Shown here: in pieces, positions 9,670 to 19,027 of the stretch
Layout of the letters: each line of letters opens with the position of its first letter
Numbering within the stretch: position 1 is the stretch's first letter
NCBI GenBank assembly: GCA_046582655.1
Contig: JAYGDX010000374.1
Location: 1-39,859 of the forward strand
Source of the DNA: Candidatus Poribacteria bacterium
Lineage (GTDB): Bacteria > Poribacteria > WGA-4E > UBA9662
Length of the DNA: 39,859 bases
Direction: 5' to 3'
Program-made: the position numbers and the translations under genes
Notes under the pieces: generated by a model
What the model saw: the letters and a program-made list of their open reading frames with translations, nothing else
Database searches by the model: none
Told to the model about the DNA's origin: nothing

Positions 9670-11022
9670 ATGCGACAAAACCCAATCGTGCCTCTTGGCA
9701 TCGCGTTATTGATTTTCCTCATCGGCTGCGGTAGTCGTCAAGTGGATTTAGCTTGGCAACAACCGCTCCCTTTGGGCAGAGATTTAACAACCTCAAAACC
9801 CCCAATTGCAACCTCAGAGGTAGAAGAACCAACCGCACTCCAAGAGCTGACGGGGACAATCAATCTACGCCAAGCCCTCGCGCTGGCGCTGATGCACAAT
9901 CCGGATCTGAGAGCCTTCTCTTGGGATGTTCGCGTCGGAGAAGCAAGAACACTCCAAGCTGGACTTCGCCCGAATCCAGAGTTAGAAGCCGAAATTGAGG
10001 AATTTGGTGGTTCGGGAGACCTTAGTGGTTTCGGTGCAATTGAAACGGCAGTTCAACTCAGTTACCTGATTGAACTTGGCGGTAAGCTAGGCAGACGAAG
10101 ACAGGTTGCAGCCCTTGAGACGGAGCTCGCGGGTTGGGATTACGAAACCGCACGCCTCGACGTGCTGACCCAGACGGCACAAGCCTTCATTGATATGCTT
10201 GCTGCGCAAGAAACCGTCGCTTTGAACGAGGAATTGGTTCGTCTGGCGGAACAGGTTTGTAATGTTGTCAAAGCGCAGGTCGAAGCGGGAAAGGTCTCCC
10301 CTGTTGAGCAGGCCAGAGCGCAGGTTGAGCTCTCCACCAGTCGAATTGGACTGGAACGATCCAAACGTGTGCTTGAGGCGGACCGTAAAGCGTTGGCTGC
10401 CACTTGGAGTAGCACATTGCCTGCATTTGAAAGAGTGGAAGGTCAGTTTGAAATGACCAAGCCCATTCCAACCGCCGAGCAGTTAGCCAATCGGGTTTCA
10501 CAAAACCCGGATATTGCCCGTTGGGTGGTGGAGATGGCGCAACGTCGTGCGGCGATCAAGCTGGAAAAGTCAGGGCGCATCCCGGACCTGTCTATCGGGG
10601 GTGGAATGAAGCACCTCAGCGAGATTGGTGACGTCTCACTCATCTTTGGGATATCCATTCCTCTTTCATTCTTTGATCGGAATCAAGGCGCAATCCGTGA
10701 AGCCGAATACAACCTCGCAAAGGCTTTTGAGGAACGTAAATCCACTGAAGTTTTTGTTCGCACGGCGCTTGCCACCACGTATCAAGTCCTCTCCGCCGCT
10801 TGGGGGACCGTCACCGCTTTGAAAAATGACGTGCTACCCGGTGCTCAAAGCGCTCTTGATGCCGCAACCGAAGGCTACCGTATTGGTAAATTCAGCTTTT
10901 TGGAGATGCTTGATGCCCAGCGGACCCTCTTTGAAGTGAGAGGCTCGTACATCGATGCTTTGGTGGAATATCACAAAGCCGTTGCCTATGTGGAGCGGTT
11001 GATTGGTGAACCACTTAATTGA
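9670..11022 (+). CDS. czcC: TolC-family outer-membrane efflux factor, CzcC/CusC-like, lipoprotein signal
   Basis: GGAGG SD; lipobox 'LIG-C'; 'QAGLRPNPEL', 'PLSFFDRNQGAI', 'GYRIGKFSFLEMLDAQRTL' are CzcC-type OEP motifs; first gene of a C-B-A operon. Confidence 0.88.
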   Translation: MRQNPIVPLGIALLIFLIGCGSRQVDLAWQQPLPLGRDLTTSKPPIATSEVEEPTALQELTGTINLRQALALALMHNPDLRAFSWDVRVGEARTLQAGLRPNPELEAEIEEFGGSGDLSGFGAIETAVQLSYLIELGGKLGRRRQVAALETELAGWDYETARLDVLTQTAQAFIDMLAAQETVALNEELVRLAEQVCNVVKAQVEAGKVSPVEQARAQVELSTSRIGLERSKRVLEADRKALAATWSSTLPAFERVEGQFEMTKPIPTAEQLANRVSQNPDIARWVVEMAQRRAAIKLEKSGRIPDLSIGGGMKHLSEIGDVSLIFGISIPLSFFDRNQGAIREAEYNLAKAFEERKSTEVFVRTALATTYQVLSAAWGTVTALKNDVLPGAQSALDAATEGYRIGKFSFLEMLDAQRTLFEVRGSYIDALVEYHKAVAYVERLIGEPLN

Positions 11023-11115
11023 CGAGCGAGTGTGTGAGTATGCGATGGAGAAACTGGACGCGCTCACACGGATATCTACCTCTCGCTGACACTGAATGTT
11101 TTAAAAGGAGACAAT

Positions 11116-12912
11116 TTGATGCCAACTCAGAGCCTGAAAAACCAAAAAACGCTCATCCTTATCACTTTAGCCGTCCTTGGACTTTTCACCGTGTGGTTGA
11201 CTGCAACAAACGACCTCGTTGCTCAAGGAGATAGCGACCACGCTGACCATGAAGATGTGATCAAGCTCTCAGACGCCGACATAAAAAAGTTCGGCATCGA
11301 AATAGCTAAGGCGGGGGCAGGGAAACTCCTAGTGGATGTCAGCCTGCCCGGAGAAGTCACCGTCAACGAAGACCGCATTGCGCATATCACACCGCGTGTG
11401 CCGGGTGTTGTAAACGAAGTGAGAAAAACACTCGGCGACCATGTTCACGCTGGGGAGATTTTGGCGATTCTCGATAGCCCCGAAATGGGCGAAGCGCAGA
11501 TCGCATATCTCGATACGAAAGCGGCTCTCGATGTTGCCAAACTAACCATTGGTCTGACGGTAACCAAACTTGATGTCGCTAAAGCACGGCACAATGTTGC
11601 CAAGACGCAGGTTGATGTTGCCAAAAACGACTACGACCTTGCTGTGACCAATGTCACAATGGCAAAGACGACCGTTGATGTGAAGGACGCGGCAGTTGAA
11701 ATCGCAGAGGCCGGCTTTGAGTGGCAAGAAACAATACACGACAATACAAGTGAACTCCTTAAACGGGTTGCGGAAAACGTGACAATAGACGAAATTACCG
11801 ATACCTTCAAGGGTAAACCGATTGGTGAGAATCGACAACGCACCCTCAAAGCGTATGCTGAGCTGAATTTCGCCCAAGCGGCCTACGAGCGGGAAAAAAC
11901 GCTTCGTGAGAAGCAGATCTCCAGTGAGTGGGACTACCTTGAGGCACAGAAAGGTTACACCATCGCGAGAGTGGAGTTTGAAGCCATCACCGAAGAACTT
12001 GAATTTCAGAATCGTCTGGCTTTGATGGAGAAGAAACATGCTGTCGCTGCAGCAGCGCGTGATGCCAAAGGAGCCGAACAGTTGGTCCAGTCCGCCAGAG
12101 GTGCGGTGAAGTCTGCCACAAGTGCGGTGAGCGCTGCTGAAAGCGTCGTGCAGGTAGCGGAGATGGAAGTCCGTGTGGTCGAGCAAGACCTAAAGGTCGC
12201 ACGGCAGGCGCTTGAAGTGGCGTATTCATCGCTTCGTGCTGCCGAATGGAAACTCCATATTTTTGGTTTGAGCGAAGATCAGATTGATGTGTTGGCGAAA
12301 AATACCCAAGGTGACCACGCGGAGGTGATCCGCTACGAGATGCGTGCGCCGTTTGATGGTGTCATTGTCGAAAAGCATATTGTCCTCGGCGAAGCCTTGA
12401 AAGACGATACCGAAGTCTTTGTGGTCGCAGACCTCAGTTCAGTTTGGGTTAATGTCAGGGTTTACCAGAAAGACCTACCCGTTGTGCATAAGGGTCTCCC
12501 TGTTGTGCTTTCCGCTGGACACAGTATTTCCATGGCAAAGGGAAAAATTGCTTGGGTGAGTCCGCGGATTGATGAGCACACCCGAACCGCGCAGGCGCGA
12601 GTTGTTCTCCTAAACACCGATGGTAACTGGCGTCCGGGACTGTTCGTCACGGCGAGAATTGTGGTCGATGAAATCGAGGTTCCGTTGCTTGTTCCCAAGG
12701 TAGCCCTTCAGACGGTCGAAGATCGGCTTTCCGTTTTTATTAAGACGGATGAAGGCTTTGAACCGAAACCTGTCATGCTTGGACGGAGTACCGAATTATA
12801 TGCCGAGGTGATAAAGGGATTGCAACCGGGGCAACAGTATGTAACGAAAGGCGCATTTACGCTAAAAGCCGAATTGGGCAAAGGGGCTTTTGGTGACGGA
12901 CACGCTCACTAA
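11116..12912 (+). CDS. czcB: Heavy-metal RND periplasmic adaptor (MFP), CzcB-like, with a greatly extended alpha-hairpin
   Basis: N-terminal TM and His-rich 'DHADHED'; lipoyl halves 'HITPRVPGVV...GDHVHAGEILA' and 'MRAPFDGVIVE'; 'WRPGLFV'; C-terminal 'GHAH'; about 250-aa helical insert. Start could be ATG at 11119. Confidence 0.88.
   Translation: MMPTQSLKNQKTLILITLAVLGLFTVWLTATNDLVAQGDSDHADHEDVIKLSDADIKKFGIEIAKAGAGKLLVDVSLPGEVTVNEDRIAHITPRVPGVVNEVRKTLGDHVHAGEILAILDSPEMGEAQIAYLDTKAALDVAKLTIGLTVTKLDVAKARHNVAKTQVDVAKNDYDLAVTNVTMAKTTVDVKDAAVEIAEAGFEWQETIHDNTSELLKRVAENVTIDEITDTFKGKPIGENRQRTLKAYAELNFAQAAYEREKTLREKQISSEWDYLEAQKGYTIARVEFEAITEELEFQNRLALMEKKHAVAAAARDAKGAEQLVQSARGAVKSATSAVSAAESVVQVAEMEVRVVEQDLKVARQALEVAYSSLRAAEWKLHIFGLSEDQIDVLAKNTQGDHAEVIRYEMRAPFDGVIVEKHIVLGEALKDDTEVFVVADLSSVWVNVRVYQKDLPVVHKGLPVVLSAGHSISMAKGKIAWVSPRIDEHTRTAQARVVLLNTDGNWRPGLFVTARIVVDEIEVPLLVPKVALQTVEDRLSVFIKTDEGFEPKPVMLGRSTELYAEVIKGLQPGQQYVTKGAFTLKAELGKGAFGDGHAH
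11530..11718 (+). repeat. Degenerate 21-nt tandem repeat encoding coiled-coil heptads
   Basis: GATGTTGCCAAA (11530), GATGTCGCTAAA (11572), AATGTTGCCAAG (11593), GATGTTGCCAAA (11614), GATGTGAAG (11677), all at multiples of 21 nt; encodes DVAKxxx units. Confidence 0.8.
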
Positions 12913-12926
12913 ATAAGGAGAAATAC

Positions 12927-15900
12927 ATGCAGAAGATAATCGAATTCGTCCTGCGTAGCCGCCTACTAATCGTCGTCATCGGGATATTGGTCATAGCGGC
13001 GGGCTACTATAGTTCCCGTCAACTACCTGTCGATGCCTTTCCTGATGTGACGCCTGCGCTCGTTCAGGTCTTCACACTCACAGAAGGTCTTGCGCCAGAG
13101 GAAGTTGAGCGGTATGTCACTTACCCGGTTGAGGTTACCATGAACGGGCTTCCTAACCTCAAGGGGATTCGTTCGGTGTCCAACTTCGGACTGTCGGTGG
13201 TAAATATCTACTTTGAGGAGGGCACGGACATCTACTTCGCCCGGCAGTTGGTGGGTGAACGGCTCCAACTCGCCCGTGAGGAAATCCCCGAAGGCTTTGG
13301 AGATCCGGAGATGGGGCCCATCACGACCGGGCTTGGACAGATCCTCTTTTACTTTGTAGAGGACTCAGACGGGGCTTATGATTTGTTTGAATTGCGGACG
13401 ATACAGGATTGGCTCATCAAATTCAATCTTCAAACCGTCCCCGGTGTTACGGAAGTTCTCTCCATTGGCGGAGAGGTAAAACAATTCCATATCCTCGTTC
13501 GTCCCGACGATATCCTGCGATACGACTTGACGCTCAACGAAATCATCGAAACGGTCAAGGCGAATAATTCTAACGTTGGGGCGCAGTTCATTGTTAAGAA
13601 TTCAGAGGAGTATATTGTTCGCTCAATCGGGCTTGCTGAGAAGATCAGCGATCTCGAGCGAATTGTCCTGAAGTCTAAAGATGGGACGCCGGTATATCTC
13701 AGTCAGGTTGCCGATGTCACGATTGGCGGAGAAATCCGACGCGGATTGACAACTATCAACGGCCAGGGTGAAACCGTTGTCGGCATGGTATTGAAACTGA
13801 TTGGTGAAAACACCTCGACAGTGATTCGTGCTGCGAAAGCGCGGATGGAAGAAATCAACAAGCTGCTTCCGCCCGGAGTCAAGGTCAAAACGTACTATGA
13901 TCAGGGGACGCTGGTTTCCAGATGCATCAAGACGGTTACTGATGCGCTGATTCAGGGGATTATCCTTGTTGCCATAGTGCTGTTGGTTTTCATGGGGGGC
14001 TTAAGACCGAGCGTCGTTGTCGCAAGTGCCATCCCGTTTTCAATCTTCTTCGCCTTCATTCTGATGAACGCTTTCGGTATTTCGGCGAATCTGATGTCGC
14101 TCGGTGGACTTGCAATTGCCATCGGCATGATGGTGGACGGTACGATCGTGATGGTGGAAAACGTCGATCGGCACCTGCGGATGTCGGACTCATCGGAGTT
14201 ACGTCTCCATGTTGTCACTCGCGCTTGCACCGAAGTCGCACGTCCGATAGTCTTTGCCATCTCCATTATTATCATTGTCTTTCTGCCGTTGTTTACCCTG
14301 CAAGGCGTTGAAGGCAAAACCTTCCGCCCGCTCGCTTACACCGTCGCACTGGCGATGGGCGGGTCATTGATTTTTGCCATCTTGCTTGCCCCCGTTGCAT
14401 CGTCATTTCTCATGCGACGACCACGGCTTAGCTATGACGAAGAGGTCGGCAGGAATGAAAGCCGAATCGTTCAGATTTTGCTGATTCCATATCAACCTGT
14501 TGTGAGCTTTTTTGTGAGTTTTCGTCTATTGGCGGTGGGGTTGGCAGTACTGATGCTCGTCGTCGGTGCAGTTATATTTTCGTTTCTTGGCTCGGAGTTC
14601 GTTCCCCGTCTCAACGAGGGCGACCTGCTGATTCGTGCCACGATGGCGCCGTCGATCTCCTTAGAGGATTCCCGTGATACGATTCTGCTTGTCGAGCGCG
14701 ATATGATGGCGCAATTTCCAGAGGTTGTCCAAGTGGTCTCTCGTGTGGGACGTGGGGAAATCGGGGCGCACGCCGATCCGGTGAACAACGCGGAGATCTT
14801 CGTCCAGCTCAAACCACAGGACGAATGGACCTCGGCGAAAACGCTCGACGAGCTTTACGCCAAGATGAGTCACGCCTTCGAGGACTTTCCCGGCGTGCAG
14901 TTGAATTTCAGTCAACCCATTGCCGTTGCCGTCGATGAACTTCTCACCGGCGTCAAAGCGGAATTGGCAATCAAGATTTTCGGTGCGGACATGGAAGTAC
15001 TCAAAGAGAAAGCCGCCGAAGTCGAAGCCGTTATTCGCACAATCGAAGGCGCTGCGGATGTGCAGAAAGATCAGGTTACCGGAACACCGCAACTCCGCAT
15101 CACTATTGACCATGCGGCAATTGCCCGTTACGGTATCAACGTCGAAGATGTGCAGCACGTCATTCAAACCGCTGTCGGCGGAGAGGAAGCGGGACAGATC
15201 TTTGAAGGCGATCGCCGTTTCGATATTCTGGTTCGCTATGCGCTCGAAAGCCGTCGCAGCCCAGAAGTCATTCGTAATATCCTGATTACCGCTCCTGACG
15301 GCGCGAAAGTGCCGCTTGATGAATTGACCATAATCGAAGAGATTGTCGGTCCGCGCCAAATTACGCGGGAGGATAACCAACGGTTCATCACAGTGCAAAC
15401 GAATGTTCGCGGCAGGGATATCGGCTCCTTCGTCGAAGAGGCGCAAAAAGCCATCGACACAAAAGTTCAGTTCCCGCCTGGATACCTGCTCAATTGGGGT
15501 GGGCAATTTGAACTTCAACAAGAAGCGAACAAGCGCCTGTCCTTCGTTATACCGATTACACTGCTCATCGTCTTCTTGCTGCTGTTTTCGAGTTTTAACT
15601 CCCTGAAGAATGCGCTGCTGATTATCCTCAACATTCCGCTGGCGCTGGTCGGTGGTGTTGTTGGGCTCTGGCTGACGGGACAGAATCTCTCCGTGCCCGC
15701 TTCAGTCGGATTCATAGCCCTGTTTGGCATCGCCTTGGAGAACGGCATGGTGCTGGTCACCTATCTCAATCAACTCGTACGCGATGGTGTTCCGGTGGAT
15801 AAAGCGTCTGTAGAAGGTGCATGCCTCCGTCTCCGACCGGTGTTGATGACCGCTCTCACCACGGCGTTGGGGCTGATTCCGTTGCTGTTCTCAGGTGGCA

Positions 15901-16043
15901 CGGGTAGTGAAGTTCAGCGTCCGTTAGCAACTGTCGTCATCGGTGGCTTGGTCACTTCTACGATTTTGACATTGCTAGTAATTCCGGCGCTTTACAGATG
16001 GTTCTCGATTGCGGTTGAAGTTGAAGAAGCCGTTTCGAGTTAA
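12927..16043 (+). CDS. czcA: CusA/CzcA family heavy-metal efflux RND permease
   Basis: 'LPVDAFPDVTP', 'MGPITTGLGQI', 'LRTIQDWLIK', TM4 'AIGMMVDGTIVMVEN', 'RLRPVLMTA', 'GSEVQRPLATVVIGGL'; AAGGAG SD. Confidence 0.93.
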   Translation: MQKIIEFVLRSRLLIVVIGILVIAAGYYSSRQLPVDAFPDVTPALVQVFTLTEGLAPEEVERYVTYPVEVTMNGLPNLKGIRSVSNFGLSVVNIYFEEGTDIYFARQLVGERLQLAREEIPEGFGDPEMGPITTGLGQILFYFVEDSDGAYDLFELRTIQDWLIKFNLQTVPGVTEVLSIGGEVKQFHILVRPDDILRYDLTLNEIIETVKANNSNVGAQFIVKNSEEYIVRSIGLAEKISDLERIVLKSKDGTPVYLSQVADVTIGGEIRRGLTTINGQGETVVGMVLKLIGENTSTVIRAAKARMEEINKLLPPGVKVKTYYDQGTLVSRCIKTVTDALIQGIILVAIVLLVFMGGLRPSVVVASAIPFSIFFAFILMNAFGISANLMSLGGLAIAIGMMVDGTIVMVENVDRHLRMSDSSELRLHVVTRACTEVARPIVFAISIIIIVFLPLFTLQGVEGKTFRPLAYTVALAMGGSLIFAILLAPVASSFLMRRPRLSYDEEVGRNESRIVQILLIPYQPVVSFFVSFRLLAVGLAVLMLVVGAVIFSFLGSEFVPRLNEGDLLIRATMAPSISLEDSRDTILLVERDMMAQFPEVVQVVSRVGRGEIGAHADPVNNAEIFVQLKPQDEWTSAKTLDELYAKMSHAFEDFPGVQLNFSQPIAVAVDELLTGVKAELAIKIFGADMEVLKEKAAEVEAVIRTIEGAADVQKDQVTGTPQLRITIDHAAIARYGINVEDVQHVIQTAVGGEEAGQIFEGDRRFDILVRYALESRRSPEVIRNILITAPDGAKVPLDELTIIEEIVGPRQITREDNQRFITVQTNVRGRDIGSFVEEAQKAIDTKVQFPPGYLLNWGGQFELQQEANKRLSFVIPITLLIVFLLLFSSFNSLKNALLIILNIPLALVGGVVGLWLTGQNLSVPASVGFIALFGIALENGMVLVTYLNQLVRDGVPVDKASVEGACLRLRPVLMTALTTALGLIPLLFSGGTGSEVQRPLATVVIGGLVTSTILTLLVIPALYRWFSIAVEVEEAVSS

Positions 16044-16082
16044 ACTTCTCAAAACAAAATTTCTCTTGTTAATGCAGCCACA

Positions 16083-16600
16083 TTGTCGCAAGTCGCCACG
16101 ATGGACTTCATTGCCGCCGGAGGTCGATCCAAGGGATCGCTAAGTTACAAATGTGGCTGCATTGCCGTCGATCCCCGCGGCGTACCGTATATCTTGTATT
16201 CGGCCGGAAACGAATCGACGGCTGAGATGCTCATCGTCGCGCCCGACGACCGCATTGGTTGGAAACGAATGCCTCTGGCTGGTCAGGTGGCCCGCTAGTG
16301 GCTTGGCTGGCAGATTGGACCTGCCGCCGGAATGGCCTTCGACAAACAAGGAACGATGTTCGTCACCGCCACCTTGAGTCGTGAGAACAAGAGCGACATC
16401 GTTTTGCCCGTGTCACGCGGCGGCGGCGACAGCTTCTCGATGGAACATCTCAGTAGCGACCTTCCGCGTTGATCGTAGATGGTGGCCAAATCTGGAATGT
16501 CCCACAGGTCACAATGTCATCGCCAAGCATCCCAGTGTACTTTTCACCGCTGGTAGCCGAGGCCAGACACCGCGTTATTTCGTGGAACGCTTAGAATCGC
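16083..16600 (+). pseudogene. C-terminal fragment of a BNR-repeat/sialidase-like propeller protein
   Basis: Readthrough 'IAVDPRGVPYILYS...AR*WLGWQIGPAAGMAFDKQGTMFVTAT...VSRGGGDSFS' (degenerate Asp-box), then after a shift 'WWPNLECPTGHNVIAKHPSVLFTAGSRG'; TAG at 16296-16298. Confidence 0.45.
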
Positions 16601-16916
16601 TCACTGCGAATACCGGAAGTTGGCTCAATGCCCACAGCAGAGGAAATAGCCACGGCGGTAGATACAAAGCGTCGGATAATTTTCCAGCGCAAAAGAACAA
16701 CTTCCCAAACAATGTAACACATAACATATCTTTTCCTTGATTCCCCTTATTCTTGCTTAAGCATCAGATAAATTCCGTATTTTTGCTCAAACATGAGTTG
16801 GTTATGGTATCTCAAGTGTACACCTCATTTGCTTGTTTGGGTTGCATTTGATAGTTGAATTCAAATGACACTGTATGATGATAAATGCCAGATAATGTAT
16901 GAAATCAACTCGGCTA

Positions 16917-16945
16917 TTGACAAGAAAGCGAGTTCTTTCTAGGTT
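16917..16945 (+). promoter_or_regulatory. Sigma70-type promoter with a palindrome in the spacer
   Basis: TTGACA (16917-16922), 17 nt, TAGGTT; inverted repeat AGAAAG-cgagtt-CTTTCT at 16923-16940. Confidence 0.45.
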
Positions 16946-16960
16946 GAGACTGACGAGGAT

Positions 16961-17330
16961 ATGAGATCTGAATATATGCTGACAATTGCGTTCTATTGGT
17001 CATTGGTAATGATTGCTACAGTACAGATCGACCAAAAACTAATCGGCTTTTGGCAGTTTGATGGGGGAAAAGGGAATCAAGCTACTGATGTGTCTGGCAA
17101 CAAGTTCCAAGGCAAGATGATTGGAAAGGCAGGAAGATCAACTCCTGTACTTCTCAGATTGGTGCTCATGCACCTGGTGGTGACTGTTTCGATGGCATCA
17201 TAGATTAGGTGGTCATGTTTGAAGTCGCCCTCTCGAAAAAGGAGATCCAGCGTTTACACGACGGAGCGTGGTTGGCGGTAGATTCTGCTGATAAGATAAC
17301 CGTACTTGGTCAGATCTAAAACAGAAATAA
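16961..17330 (+). pseudogene. LamG/ConA-like secreted protein, internally deleted and frameshifted
   Basis: Signal peptide plus 'LIGFWQFDGGKGNQATDVSGNKFQG'. Another frame gives 'QIGAHAPGGDCFDGIID*VVMFEVALSKKEIQRL...AVDSADKITV' (TAG 17206-17208 in place of the E of IDEV), then 'TWSDLKQK*'. The central part of the domain is missing. Confidence 0.85.
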
Positions 17331-17578
17331 GTTTGCTCTGTCTGTCACTCTCGTCAGCCTTGACAGATCAACTATCGATCTCTATAGAGGATCAAAGTTG
17401 GGATATATCACAGTAGCATAAACTTTGGACACATTTGCTCCAATCAATTCCACTTCTATTCTTTGTGATGAGATTCTTTTCCCTAATTCAGTGGGTTGAG
17501 TGATCTTTAGTGATATTAGATGGAGAAGCTGAACTTACCATATTGGCTGGTAGATAGATTTTTTCTAGCTTCAGGTAA

Positions 17579-17607
17579 TTGACACTATTTCTCGTCACTA
17601 CTATAAT
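17579..17607 (+). promoter_or_regulatory. Perfect-consensus sigma70 promoter
   Basis: TTGACA (17579-17584), 17 nt, TATAAT (17602-17607); 100 nt upstream of ORF 17708. Confidence 0.8.
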
Positions 17608-17707
17608 ATGATTCTTCGATATCTTCGAATTGTACCACAATCGTTGGGGTTGTGGATTTAGCGAATCGATTCTAGGAATTACTTGAATTAAAATAGAGAT
17701 TAATAAT

Positions 17708-18850
17708 ATGGATCCTCAAGACTTGAAGGCTGTTGTCGTGGGAGCTGGTTGGGCTGGTGAGGGGCATACCAAGGCCCTGCAACACTGTGGTGTGGAGGTA
17801 GTTGCCATTTGCGCTCGAAGACAAGAAATTGTTGGTAAAGTTGCATCTAACTTAGGTATAGCAATAGCTTCAACCGATTGGCGACAGACTCTTATGGAGG
17901 TTAAACCCGATATTGTTGCCTTGGCCACACCCGCTATTTTGAGAACCCCAGTGATTGAGCTTGCCGTCCAATTAGGAGCACACCTTTTATGTGACAAACC
18001 GTTGGCCAACACAGCAACAGAAGCCGAACGCTTTTACCGTTTGGTTGACCAAGCAGGCATCAAACATGCTTATGCAGCCACCCATTGCTATCACCCTAGT
18101 GTAACTTGGGCGCATCAGTTGTTAAGCAACCAATCGATCGGTAATTTGAAGCAGATTGATGTGACCTTTTCCCATCCAGCATCTAAAGAACTGAAGTCTT
18201 GGAGTTGGATGAACTCACTATCTCACGGTGGTGGGATGCTCAACAACGGATTACCACACTGGCTAGGAATGCTGGAAAGAATGACAGGTAGAAAACTGGT
18301 TTCGGTCGTTGGACAAGCCCAACGAGGGCGAGAACAAGCACCTGTCTTACCCAATGTGCATGACTTCCGCCAATTCAGAGATACCAAAATCAGCTCCCAA
18401 GAAGCAGCCAATATGGAATGGCGAACTTGCGATGGGGAAGGTTCCTTCTCAGCCCTATTTGAATTAAGTTTACTTGAATCTAAAGGAGAGAGTTTTGTTC
18501 CTGTCATGATGCGGGTCACAGGTGGGATTGCTGAACCAGTTGAAACTAACGGCTGGTATTTCTACGGAGATCAGGGAACCTTGGTAGGACGAGGGATGTT
18601 ATCGCTTTCACTTTCCAAAACTGTAAATTCTCAGACCAATTCCTTACCAACACCAGAAGAACTGATTGAAGCGCTTCCTCAGGTTGGTGACATTATTCAG
18701 AACATATGGGTGGCGTTGGTAATCGATTTCATCGCAGATATTTGCCATCAACCTTATCAGCATTATTTGACTTTTCGGGATGGTTGGCGTTATCAAGTGG
18801 CAATTGAGGCAATTCGTCAAGGAACTGGTTGGACTCAGATTGCGGAGTAA
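17708..18850 (+). CDS. Gfo/Idh/MocA family oxidoreductase
   Basis: 'VVVGAGWAG' Rossmann motif, 'HLLCDKPLA' (EKP variant), 'GGGMLNNGLPH'. Confidence 0.9.
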   Translation: MDPQDLKAVVVGAGWAGEGHTKALQHCGVEVVAICARRQEIVGKVASNLGIAIASTDWRQTLMEVKPDIVALATPAILRTPVIELAVQLGAHLLCDKPLANTATEAERFYRLVDQAGIKHAYAATHCYHPSVTWAHQLLSNQSIGNLKQIDVTFSHPASKELKSWSWMNSLSHGGGMLNNGLPHWLGMLERMTGRKLVSVVGQAQRGREQAPVLPNVHDFRQFRDTKISSQEAANMEWRTCDGEGSFSALFELSLLESKGESFVPVMMRVTGGIAEPVETNGWYFYGDQGTLVGRGMLSLSLSKTVNSQTNSLPTPEELIEALPQVGDIIQNIWVALVIDFIADICHQPYQHYLTFRDGWRYQVAIEAIRQGTGWTQIAE

Positions 18851-19027
18851 GGTCATTAAGTTGCTTAGTATGGTATAGATCTAGCTCAGTCAGATTTGTT
18901 GGTCTGGATAGTTTAGAAAACCATATTGGGGCAATTTAGGATTTCGTCCGTTTTCGTAATCAATCATTATAGGCTTAACATTGCCCTAGAATTTAGTTAA
19001 AATCTTTGTTTCAAGAGGGTTTTTCTT

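Noticed and set aside
11542..15760. Long antisense ORFs (214, 286, 121 aa, etc.) inside czcB/czcA, and similar ones within the lyase gene
   Set aside because: Shadow ORFs expected opposite GC-rich coding sequence; no motifs or SD.
16947..17360. Imperfect 11-bp inverted repeat (AGACTGACGAG / CTCGTCAGCCT) flanking the LamG remnant, as possible MITE ends
   Set aside because: Short and mismatched, with no target-site duplication and no second copy in the window.
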